A DNA stretch of 64,000 bases, taken from an uncultured archaeon (GTDB taxonomy: Archaea; Asgardarchaeota; Lokiarchaeia; Sigyniarchaeales; SOKP01). How positions within the stretch are numbered: position 1 is the stretch's first letter; the number at the start of each line of letters is the position of its first letter. Position numbers and translations under genes: made by a program. The notes under the pieces were generated by a model. It did not search any database, was not told the origin of the DNA, and saw only the letters and a program-made list of their open reading frames with translations. Positions 1 through 9,245 of this stretch are shown in pieces. The stretch is from positions 64,001-128,000 of the forward strand of contig CAZALK010000005.1 of the NCBI GenBank assembly GCA_964486045.1, given 5' to 3'.

Positions 1-666
1 ACGATTAAATGTAGCTAGTATATCTTGGAAGGAAGTATCGAAACCTAAGAAATGATGAGTATCTTTGTGGTCGAAAATTTTATTATTAATATCATTTGCA
101 TAAGCTTCATATTTTGCTCTGGTTAGTCCAGCTCTACCCAGATCATTCCTCCCATCCCACATGAAAGTTCCGCCTAGATTAACGTATTCAGGCATATGAA
201 TTTTAAAGAGATCCGCATATAGGAAGACGAGTTTTGACTTACTTATCTTGACATTAATAAATGTATCGGGAAGAAGATATTTGTATGCGATTAAACTTGC
301 AATGGCATTTTTGAGCTGAGTTGGATCACTAGGAGTGAATAAGATGTGAGATTCCTTAACTTCAGGATACCTTTGAGCAATGGTGTTAGTGCTAACAACT
401 CCCGCGCCGCTATCCTGAATAAAATCGATCCTAAAAGTCCTCGTATGAAATTTTCCAAGATTATCTTTGGAAAACATTTCTTTGTATTTTTCATATATGG
501 TTTCAATCTTCTTACCAATCTCTCCTCCTTTTTGTCCCCAAAAAGTATTGAAGTCTAGATTCGAATATCCAGTCTGTATTACAAATAGAGCGTCGTCAGA
601 AAATCCTTCTATTTCGTTAGGCTTAATAAGATCTATAATATCACTGAATTCTATCGGAACCTTAAT
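1..666 (-). CDS. Hypothetical protein, partial (runs off the left edge; probably 5'-truncated at about 667)
   Basis: Manual translation gives 222 stop-free codons (IKVPIEFSDIIDLIKPNE...QDILATFNR). Absent from the ORF track because it has no stop in the window. First in-frame ATG is at 477. Confidence 0.65.
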   Translation of the reverse strand, partial: MKVPIEFSDIIDLIKPNEIEGFSDDALFVIQTGYSNLDFNTFWGQKGGEIGKKIETIYEKYKEMFSKDNLGKFHTRTFRIDFIQDSGAGVVSTNTIAQRYPEVKESHILFTPSDPTQLKNAIASLIAYKYLLPDTFINVKISKSKLVFLYADLFKIHMPEYVNLGGTFMWDGRNDLGRAGLTRAKYEAYANDINNKIFDHKDTHHFLGFDTSFQDILATFNR

Positions 667-670
667 TTAT

Positions 671-859
671 ACTATCCCTGAATCGATAGGGAATATGACA
701 TCACTCAAGAGCTTGGATGTGGGAGGGAATCCAATAAGGAAACTACCTAATTCGATAGCGAGACTTGAAAATTTAAAAAGCTTGTATCTGAAAGGAGTAA
801 ACCAAGAATTTCCCAATTTAAGAAATGATCTTAAACGATTAATTATTCGAAGATTTTAG
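671..859 (+). pseudogene. 3' fragment of a leucine-rich repeat protein
   Basis: TIPESIGNMTSLKSLDVGGNPIRKLPNSIARLENLKSLYL fits two LRR units. The upstream part of ORF 467..859 is antisense to the 1..666 frame and is not LRR-like. Confidence 0.7.
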
Positions 860-1003
860 GGATCAATATTACATAACTTTTCCTTACATTCTTCAAGAAT
901 TTGATATAAAAGATAAAAGCTTCATAGGGATTCGGAAATATTTGATACAGAAGAAAAGCTCAGAAAATTAGTATAATTTAAGTTTTAATCATTAGATTAA
1001 TTA

Positions 1004-1201
1004 TTATAAATTTACTGCAACAACAATAACTATAGCTATTATCAAAAACAAAAGGAACCCTAAACACATCCTGACGTTTTTTTTTTTATCGACAGGTCCA
1101 CTCCTCCCAGATCCCCCATTACGTATGGTTTTTTGATATTTTACCTCAGCATCAGCAGCTCTCTCTCTCTCTTTATCTAGGTTTCTCAAATATTCACTCA
1201 T
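1004..1201 (-). CDS. Small protein with a C-terminal transmembrane helix
   Basis: 65-aa ORF with a charged N-terminus and hydrophobic C-terminal tail. Confidence 0.6.
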   Translation of the reverse strand: MSEYLRNLDKERERAADAEVKYQKTIRNGGSGRSGPVDKKKNVRMCLGFLLFLIIAIVIVVAVNL

Positions 1202-1365
1202 TTTTTCTTTCTCGGTTTTTTGTTATTTTTATAATTTATTTTTCTTTCTTATCCCATATAAAGTTTGCTAACAATATCCTCATGTCTAGATCTCTTACCT
1301 TGTTAAAATATACTTTAAGAATTGCTAGTTCGTTTGCGGATTGAAATGAAAAACTCCGAATCTAT

Positions 1366-2010
1366 TTATTTTTTTTTCCCAATACAAAAGAAGTACGACT
1401 TAAGAAGGAAATCTCTTTTTATTACATCGGTCAATTCCTTTTTCATCATAGAGTATAGTTCTAGACTATTTTGATGACCTTCATAGGTTCCACCATATTT
1501 TTTTGCAAGAGAGATGGTTAGTTTAGTCTTTAAACCAGCAAGCCTACCAGATGCTATTTGCATATCTCCAATAATAATTTCTCCTTGTTTCTTAACATTA
1601 GAGAGTAAATTATAATATGCTGATTTAAACTCTGGAATTATTGACATTCCTAGAGTACAGACCCCTACGTCGGCCTTCTCTTCAAGTCTATCCTTAAATT
1701 TGGTAATATCAGCTTCTATTAACTCGACATTTTCCCATTTTTCCTTTCTAATTATTTCTTCAGCTTTTTTCAACATTTCAGAGGAAAAATCAACACCAAT
1801 TATTTTTCCTTCTTTTCCAATCTTCTTTAAAATATGAGAAAAATCTAAACCTGTTCCACAGCAAAACACTAAAACAGTATCCCCAATTTTTAAAGAGGAT
1901 TCATTCAATGCTTTTTCTTTATATTTTTCAAAGCGCGCCATTGATGAACCGTTTTCTTTAGCTACTTCGCCACTATAAATCTCTTCGATCCTTTTTTTAT
2001 CTAACGTCAT
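1366..2010 (-). CDS. Class I SAM-dependent methyltransferase (UbiE-like)
   Basis: VLVFCCGTG, GVDFSSEML and EADIT motifs; GAGG SD upstream. Confidence 0.85.
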   Translation of the reverse strand: MTLDKKRIEEIYSGEVAKENGSSMARFEKYKEKALNESSLKIGDTVLVFCCGTGLDFSHILKKIGKEGKIIGVDFSSEMLKKAEEIIRKEKWENVELIEADITKFKDRLEEKADVGVCTLGMSIIPEFKSAYYNLLSNVKKQGEIIIGDMQIASGRLAGLKTKLTISLAKKYGGTYEGHQNSLELYSMMKKELTDVIKRDFLLKSYFFCIGKKK

Positions 2011-2114
2011 TTTAACCTCACTAAATATAAATTAATGTTTTAAATTTATTAATTTTTCTTTTATTGTCTTAAGAAAGAAGCAAATGATTACCTAAAATGC
2101 TTTAATTTTTAACA

Positions 2115-4106
2115 TTACAAATTTAATTGCTTAAAGAAAGATGGAAGTGAAAAATTAATTTTGACCTTGTCCTTCTGCGTTATTTCAATAATGGCACGGA
2201 TCAAAAAATTATTTTTTAAATCCTTATCAGGAGCATAGATTTTTACTTTTGCAGAAGGTTTTATTTTTAGGGAGTAATTTTCCGCAATTCCAGTGACGGT
2301 TTCACTAGTTTTAACTTTAATCCCTAGGAGACCTAACTCGTAATGAGATACTATGAACAGTATTTGATCTTGATTTTCTGAGGTTTTTTCAAAATAGACA
2401 ACTTCAAGGTAATCTTCTTTTAACTCTTTAGGTAGTTGTGAAAATGGTATAACCTTCTTTTTACCAGTAATATAGGGGAATGGAGTGTAGAATAATTTAT
2501 TAAAACTAGAGATTTTTTTAATTTGTTCATTATATTTTTCAACATCCTTGATAGTATATGCTTTATCTAACAAAAGATCTATTTTATCGACCATGTCTTC
2601 TGCTGAATACCCGTCTAATACAGTAGATATATAGGATCTTTTGAGTTTTTCTAAAAGTATTTCACTTTTTAGAGTTAGTTTATAGTCAATAGAAACTTCT
2701 AATGCTTGGTTATATAAATTTACGGCAATTTGGGAATGTCCTAATGCTAAAAAATAATCACCTAGTTCACTAAATACAGTAATGGCATCAAGGAAGTTTT
2801 CATCTAAATTTAAAGTTGAAATTTCTTCCATAATATTCATCGCAGTTTCTCTCTCTTCTCCTTCAATAAAAAGAGAAATTGCTTTTCCAATTAGACATTT
2901 GAGTTTTAATCTTTCATCTCCATAGATTTCTGCCAATTCTTCAGTAAAGTTGTATTGTAAAATAGCACTCTTGTACAATCCATGGAATAAATAAATTAAA
3001 GCCTTAATGTAGTTAAGAGTTAAACAGATCTTATAATTATGAATAATAGTAGAAAATAGAGCGGCTCTTTCAATCGAACCAATTGCGGAATTGATCCTCC
3101 CAAGCGATACTAATAAATATGCTCGTAAAAATTCCATTTTACTGATTTCTGAACAGATAATTTGCTCAATAATTTCATAATCCTTTATTTTCGTTAATTC
3201 TCCTGAAGCAACTTGGAGTAATGATGTTAAAAACTGATTTCCCTTTTTCAAATATTTTACAGCTTCTTTAGATTTACTTTTTATAATAGCTTCTCTTGCT
3301 CTAATCACGTATTCTCTTGAAATCCTCAAGTTTTCTAAAAATTTTATAAGACCAAATACTTGTTCCTCTTCACTTTGGGGAAGATCTTGATTGGCAATAT
3401 ATTTTTCAGCAATATTGATTTCTTCTGAATATCGAGAGGCACCCACTTCAAACTTCATACCAATATCACGATTCTCTAATTCAAAATCTTGGGTCAAAAT
3501 AGAGTCTTCTGTAACCGTAATTGCTTTTTCAATTAACCATGTAATTTTTTGTTCGGCAGGATATGTTTTAGAGCGTTCTATCATATAAGATAACGTATAA
3601 TTTAGGCTTCTCTTCCATATATCTTTAAAATACTTTCTCATTTGAGAAATAGAAGTAGTCCTCTGAATTTTTAATAGAAAACTTGAGAGAGACAAAATAT
3701 TAATTTTTCCTTTATAAAGCAGACTAGTGTTTTTTACCAGCTTAAAATCATCTGTTATGAGGTGAACATGTGAAGTATCAGATTTATCTAGTAAATTTTT
3801 TGCTATATAAACAAGAGAGAGGTCAGGATCTTGTGCGGGGAACCGAATGTTAAATTGAGTTAGATCATTCTTTACATCTTCAATTTCAATTGGTAAGATT
3901 TTTTCCACGTTCACTATCTGTCTTAATTTCTCTTTGTAAGTATGGGGAGCTTTTATCTCATCAAACACAACTTCTGAGATATAATATTCATAGCCCAATT
4001 CGTTAGCAGCTTTAGATAAATTCCCTAATATATTACGAGCTCGAATTTGGAGCATGCAAATAAAAAAATTTGCATCGAACACTAATTTGTGTTTTTTATC
4101 AGGCAT
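2115..4106 (-). CDS. PIN-domain protein with TPR-like repeats
   Basis: N-terminal VFDANF..E..DPDLSL..ITDDF acidic PIN pattern, followed by helical TPR-like repeats (ELGDYFLALGHSQIAVNLYNQALEV). Confidence 0.7.
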   Translation of the reverse strand: MPDKKHKLVFDANFFICMLQIRARNILGNLSKAANELGYEYYISEVVFDEIKAPHTYKEKLRQIVNVEKILPIEIEDVKNDLTQFNIRFPAQDPDLSLVYIAKNLLDKSDTSHVHLITDDFKLVKNTSLLYKGKINILSLSSFLLKIQRTTSISQMRKYFKDIWKRSLNYTLSYMIERSKTYPAEQKITWLIEKAITVTEDSILTQDFELENRDIGMKFEVGASRYSEEINIAEKYIANQDLPQSEEEQVFGLIKFLENLRISREYVIRAREAIIKSKSKEAVKYLKKGNQFLTSLLQVASGELTKIKDYEIIEQIICSEISKMEFLRAYLLVSLGRINSAIGSIERAALFSTIIHNYKICLTLNYIKALIYLFHGLYKSAILQYNFTEELAEIYGDERLKLKCLIGKAISLFIEGEERETAMNIMEEISTLNLDENFLDAITVFSELGDYFLALGHSQIAVNLYNQALEVSIDYKLTLKSEILLEKLKRSYISTVLDGYSAEDMVDKIDLLLDKAYTIKDVEKYNEQIKKISSFNKLFYTPFPYITGKKKVIPFSQLPKELKEDYLEVVYFEKTSENQDQILFIVSHYELGLLGIKVKTSETVTGIAENYSLKIKPSAKVKIYAPDKDLKNNFLIRAIIEITQKDKVKINFSLPSFFKQLNL

Positions 4107-4248
4107 TTGGATATAAATCTATTTTGAATTATACAGAAAATCTTATTTAAATAAATATTAAATATTAAAATATTATAATCTTTTTTATTGAAAATTATAG
4201 GAATAAAAAAGATTAAGTCAACAAGAATTAAAGAAGTAAGAAAAATTA

Positions 4249-4770
4249 GTGTGTGTGATTGTAATTAAAATTATTGATGTCATAGGGTATTCTGGTTCAG
4301 GAAAGACATATTTAATAACAAACGCTATAAAATTACTTAAAACACAGCTGAATTATAATATTGTTGTTATTAAAAATGTTAAACATCACCAAATTGATGA
4401 AGAAGGAAAAGATTCGCATAAATTCACAGAATCTGGAGCATCTTATTCAATAATCAAAAACAACGTAAATGATTTGGGTATTTTCTTAAATGTAAAAGAA
4501 GAAAAATTAGAAGAAATTTTTAATTGGCTTCAGAAAGGTCCATATAAGGTAGATTTATTATTAACAGAAGGATTTAGACATTTAAAGCATCCTACTATAT
4601 TATGTGTGAGTAAATTAGATGAGATAGCATCTCAATTAAACGAAAATGTTAAAATAATCTCTGGAATAATCTGCTCTAATATCAAGATGACTAATAGTTT
4701 TACAAGACTGCCGATAGTAGATCTTGAAAAAAAATTTCAAAGATTTTTAGAAATATTCAAAATCGAATAA
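4249..4770 (+). CDS. mobB: Molybdopterin-guanine dinucleotide biosynthesis protein B
   Basis: GYSGSGKT P-loop, GKDS and TEGF motifs. True start is probably ATT at 4264. Confidence 0.85.
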   Translation: MCVIVIKIIDVIGYSGSGKTYLITNAIKLLKTQLNYNIVVIKNVKHHQIDEEGKDSHKFTESGASYSIIKNNVNDLGIFLNVKEEKLEEIFNWLQKGPYKVDLLLTEGFRHLKHPTILCVSKLDEIASQLNENVKIISGIICSNIKMTNSFTRLPIVDLEKKFQRFLEIFKIE

Positions 4771-4791
4771 AAATTGGAAAGGTCATTTGAT

Positions 4792-6720
4792 TTAATCAAT
4801 GCCTTTCCAAAATAAAGCAAGTTCCTCACAAACAAATTTAAGATCATTTAAAATTTCTTTATTTTCAATATCGGAGAGGAAGACTTCGCATAATTGTTCG
4901 AATACTTCAACTTTATTTGAAGGATCCTTCACAGAATTTCGAATACTCAGAATTAAATCGTTCAAAGGAATAATAATTTCATGAATCAACCACTCCTCAA
5001 AATAAGGTTGATCTGAGAAAGACTGTATATTATACGTTAGCATTATCTGTGTTAGTTCTTCATCCGAATAGAAATTTGTTTCTGGAATAACAATATTAAA
5101 TTTATTTTTAACTTTTTGCCTTAAATATTCTTTATTTAAACTGATTACAAAATCAGGCCAAATATCGTCACTGTAGTTGATATCTTGAAAAACAAATAAT
5201 TCTAATACTCGTAATGCGATGTTTTTACCGATATAACGACTCCGTGGATCAATAAAATTTTTTGAGGCATCGTCAGGATTAATCCTTAGAAAGATTTTGT
5301 CAATAATTACATAAAGAATTCTACATATATGATCGACAATTTTATCAAAAGTAAATGGGAAATTCTCCGGATTTTCCGAGAGGAGCTTGTTTTCCTGATT
5401 TATCTTTAAAGTAAAATTTGAATTGAAACTTTTTAAAAATGTCTTAAAAAAACCATAATTTAAGTGAGATATGTTTTTCTTAAAGATCTTTTTGAAAAAA
5501 AGGTCAATGTGATCAGTGTTAGAAAGAGTGTAAAGAAAATTCAAAAAACTTTTTATATTATTTATAGAGTTAGTCCCTATTACATCATCTACATTTCTAT
5601 TATATTTATCTAATGTATTCTTAAAAATTGTTGGTAAAAATAGTAGATCTCCTACCTCCAAGGCTTCAAGACCGCTTCCAACATAATATTTCATATACAG
5701 GAGGAATAAATTTAGCTGAGATTTTTGAGAGGGAAGGTTATTTGCTTGAAATGTTGAGTACAGCGTTGATTTTTTATCCAGAAAGTCAAAAAATTTCATG
5801 AGTGAATTTTTTTTCTCAGCACTATAATCATCAAGGTTAGCTAGAAATTCCTTTCTGACAATTTCTACTTTCGAAAATACAGAGTCTTCTACTCTTGCTC
5901 CCACAAAATTAAAGAAGTCTAACAATGGAGAAAAACTCTGTAATAAATTACACTTTTTATAAAAATAATATAACAAATCAACCAATTTTTCTTTAACTAA
6001 GGGATAATTATCCATTGCCATCTGGTATAACTTTTCTCTTCCTTTTAAAAGTTTGTTATAAAATTCTTCGGTAATGCCTTTAATGGGTCTAAGGAAATAG
6101 TATAGAACCATATCGTAATAACTATGAAATATTTCATCCTTACTATCCTTTATTATAATCATAAAATTCAAAGATGAATTATTTTTGCCTGTGTTAACGA
6201 TTATGGCATCTAGCAAGATGAATATTTCTTCTTGAATTGTTTTCCTAATTAACATACCTAAGACTCGAATAAGAAAATACAAGTATCCCATAGGAAAAGA
6301 AAAACCAAAAAAAACTTCAGAATCAAATTTTCTTGAAATTTTTAGAAAATGTTCCTCCTCTTTAGGAGTTAAGAAGTAATTATATTCTAAGAATAAAAAT
6401 TCCTCAGAGATCTTTTCTTTGTTTATCATTTCTAAAGAATTTTCATTAAAACCAAAAAAGTTCTGCAAAAAATATTTAAAAAACTGATGAAAATTATCAT
6501 AGAAAAACGTTGTAAACGTCTTTTTTATTATTCTTTTCTGGTTTTTTTGAATAAATTTATCCCATTTTAAAGTGATTTCATTTTGAAACTCTTTAAAATT
6601 CTCATTTTTTCTTTCTAAAATTTCAAAAAGTACACTTGTTTCTAACTTAAAGTCGAATCCTAATCCTTTAACTTTTTCCGCTAAGAATTCTAACGTAGAA
6701 ACTAATTCTTTGCTATCCAA
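4792..6720 (-). CDS. Hypothetical helical protein
   Basis: 642-aa ORF with host-like codon usage and no recognisable motif. Confidence 0.7.
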   Translation of the reverse strand: MDSKELVSTLEFLAEKVKGLGFDFKLETSVLFEILERKNENFKEFQNEITLKWDKFIQKNQKRIIKKTFTTFFYDNFHQFFKYFLQNFFGFNENSLEMINKEKISEEFLFLEYNYFLTPKEEEHFLKISRKFDSEVFFGFSFPMGYLYFLIRVLGMLIRKTIQEEIFILLDAIIVNTGKNNSSLNFMIIIKDSKDEIFHSYYDMVLYYFLRPIKGITEEFYNKLLKGREKLYQMAMDNYPLVKEKLVDLLYYFYKKCNLLQSFSPLLDFFNFVGARVEDSVFSKVEIVRKEFLANLDDYSAEKKNSLMKFFDFLDKKSTLYSTFQANNLPSQKSQLNLFLLYMKYYVGSGLEALEVGDLLFLPTIFKNTLDKYNRNVDDVIGTNSINNIKSFLNFLYTLSNTDHIDLFFKKIFKKNISHLNYGFFKTFLKSFNSNFTLKINQENKLLSENPENFPFTFDKIVDHICRILYVIIDKIFLRINPDDASKNFIDPRSRYIGKNIALRVLELFVFQDINYSDDIWPDFVISLNKEYLRQKVKNKFNIVIPETNFYSDEELTQIMLTYNIQSFSDQPYFEEWLIHEIIIPLNDLILSIRNSVKDPSNKVEVFEQLCEVFLSDIENKEILNDLKFVCEELALFWKGID

Positions 6721-6857
6721 ATTTTATCATTTATTTATTTAATAACAATATATTATTGATACCTTACAACCCAAATTAAAGCTATTTATTAATAAAATAA
6801 AATTTTGAAAATAAAAATATTAGTATAATCTTTAAAATCAGTCAACTTCATTATAAA

Positions 6858-7898
6858 TTAAAAAATTTTTGTTATCTCATCCGTTTCAGAGTACTCAAGC
6901 GGATAGGTATTCCCATCTTTTTTTTTAACTCTCAAACCCTTTTCTTTGGATACAAATTTACCTATTTGTTCTGCTATTATATTATTTGTTCTTAGTAATT
7001 CAATTAGGTCAGATGAATTTTCTTGGTTAACAGCAATTAATAAAGATCCAGATGAAATAGTATTATATGGGTTAAGATTAAACATTTCACTAAAAATTTT
7101 GGACTCTGGAAATATATTTATTTTTTCCTCTTCAATTACTACCCCCGTCATTGAAGAAATTGTCATTTCGGCTATAGCCGTGTAAATACCTCCTTCAGTG
7201 GGATCGTGACACGATTTAATTTTAAAATTATTATGTGCTAACAGAGCTTCCTTATAAACACTTATACCTGGATGAAATAAGTATGCTTTACTCTTTTGTA
7301 TAAAATCATAAGTGAACCCTTGATCTACCAAGGTCTTTTCTTTTTCGCGTCCTATGATCGAAGTCCCTTCAATGAATATTCCTTTAGTTAAAATGAGTGC
7401 ATCCCCCGCTTCTGCGCCTGAAGTAAGAACAAGTTTTTTCTTTTCGACTTCTCCTAATAGCGAGCCAATAATCACTGGTCTATCGAGGTGTGCCGTAATT
7501 TCTATATGTCCCCCGATTACTGTTATCCCCATAGGTTTGCATGTATTATTAATATCCTCAAATATTTTTTTAATTAGTTTAGCTGTTGTTTCTTTTTCTG
7601 GTAATAAAATTGTAGATTGGAACCATTGTGGTTTTGCCCCAGTACATACAAGATCATTTACGTTAATATTTACCACATAATACCCTATCTGATCAGTAGC
7701 AAAAGTAATAGGATCAGTTTTAGCAACCAAATAATTATCACCTGGTATATCAATTACAGCGGCATCTTCACCAATCTTTGAACCTGAGATAACTCTCTCA
7801 TCATAAATTTCTATACCTGAAATCAACTCAGCTAAATATTTATGCTTGAGTTTTCCAAGAGCAAATTTATTGCCATTTCTTCTCATAAAATTTATCAC
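6858..7898 (-). CDS. AIR synthase-related protein (HypE/PurM fold)
   Basis: GEDAAV, TDPIT, NVNDL, GGH, HDPTEGG and SSGSLL motifs. Confidence 0.85.
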   Translation of the reverse strand: MINFMRRNGNKFALGKLKHKYLAELISGIEIYDERVISGSKIGEDAAVIDIPGDNYLVAKTDPITFATDQIGYYVVNINVNDLVCTGAKPQWFQSTILLPEKETTAKLIKKIFEDINNTCKPMGITVIGGHIEITAHLDRPVIIGSLLGEVEKKKLVLTSGAEAGDALILTKGIFIEGTSIIGREKEKTLVDQGFTYDFIQKSKAYLFHPGISVYKEALLAHNNFKIKSCHDPTEGGIYTAIAEMTISSMTGVVIEEEKINIFPESKIFSEMFNLNPYNTISSGSLLIAVNQENSSDLIELLRTNNIIAEQIGKFVSKEKGLRVKKKDGNTYPLEYSETDEITKIF

Positions 7899-8212
7899 TA
7901 TAATAAGAGAATATAAATATTTAAATTTTGGAGATGTAATTTGCTGACGAGTATTGAATTTTTTTTAATGTATAACCTACAATTTGGATAACTAAAGTAG
8001 ATTATTTATTGAAAATGGATTTTATAAAAGATTAAATTTGTGTAAATCTCTTTTTCAAGTCAAAAATCAAGGATGTTATTAAGAAAAAACTGTTGAATCT
8101 AAAAAATGTCTTCACTAAAATTTAAAAAATGAATTACATTTATATCGTTATATATTTATTCTTATTCAAAAACATTAATTAGAATTCTTTTAGAAAGAAG
8201 AGACTGAGAAAA

Positions 8213-8746
8213 ATGGGATTTGGCAAATCATTTTTATTAAGTTTAGTGGCTTTTATTGGATTAAATTTTGTTTTTACAATTTTGTATTATTTGCTGGGTG
8301 CTGGATTTAACGCTTTGATTAATGAAATTCAGACCGCTCCTCTAATGATTATTTATTATTTATTCGGCTCTATAGCTAGTGTTCCCTCAAATATTTTAAA
8401 TTGGGTTATTGTTGACCCTCTTTTTAATCCCCCACTTATTATGTCTAATCTATTAATGGGGATAGGATTTCTCATTGCACCACTCATCGCAGCAATTCTG
8501 GCGGGTAAATTTGCAGAAAGTAAGCTTCAAGGATTCGCAGGGTGGTTATTAACTGTTGTCATTAGTACTGGAGCAATAATTATTGGTGCGATTTTAAGTC
8601 CTACGTTTCAAACAATTCTAACAACTTTATACCCTACATGGTCTAGTTTCAATTTGATCTTAATATACCTTGTAGTCAGCTGTATAGTAAATATTGTTTT
8701 CTATGGATTCTTCGCATTGCTAGTGTCGAAATCAGAATATTATTGA
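8213..8746 (+). CDS. Multi-pass membrane protein
   Basis: 4-5 hydrophobic segments. Confidence 0.75.
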   Translation: MGFGKSFLLSLVAFIGLNFVFTILYYLLGAGFNALINEIQTAPLMIIYYLFGSIASVPSNILNWVIVDPLFNPPLIMSNLLMGIGFLIAPLIAAILAGKFAESKLQGFAGWLLTVVISTGAIIIGAILSPTFQTILTTLYPTWSSFNLILIYLVVSCIVNIVFYGFFALLVSKSEYY

Positions 8747-8846
8747 TTCTATCTGAAATTAAAAAGAGTATTTACATCTTTTTCCTATTTTTAAATTTTA
8801 ATGAATAATCCAGAATATTAAAAGAGTAAATAATTATTAGATAATT

Positions 8847-8884
8847 AAAAAAAATAGATCCCCCAACAATAAATGCTGGAGGAT
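8847..8884 (-). terminator. Hairpin plus T8 tract (terminator-like)
   Basis: On the minus strand ATCCTCCAGCA-TTTAT-TGTTGGGGGAT forms an 11-bp stem with two G-U pairs, followed by T8. Confidence 0.45.
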
Positions 8885-9245
8885 GCATTTATCCTGCCTA
8901 ACTCTGGATTCTAATTTTTTTGTCTAAGAGATATTGGGTAGGAGTATGACTTATAAATATTATCATGAAAGAGTAGATCGGCAAGTAGAAGTCTTCTAAT
9001 CTACAGATTCGATTTAACGAAAATGTCGAATACTTATAAATTTCAATTATAGTTGTCATTAACATAATTGTCAATTAAGGAAAATTGTCTTATGTTCTGA
9101 AAAAAATGAATAGAATAGCCAGAGTAGTTATGGAAGAAAATTTGTTAGAAAGATCTATAAGTATTATCGAAGAAAATTATGAGGATATTTATTGTCAGCG
9201 TGCTAAACATAGAATCAAATCAAAATTATTTATCAAAGTTGATTT

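Noticed and set aside
291-670. ORFs 291..518 (-), 346..558 (+) and the N-terminal half of 467..859 (+)
   Set aside because: Shadow frames of the longer 1..666 minus-strand frame
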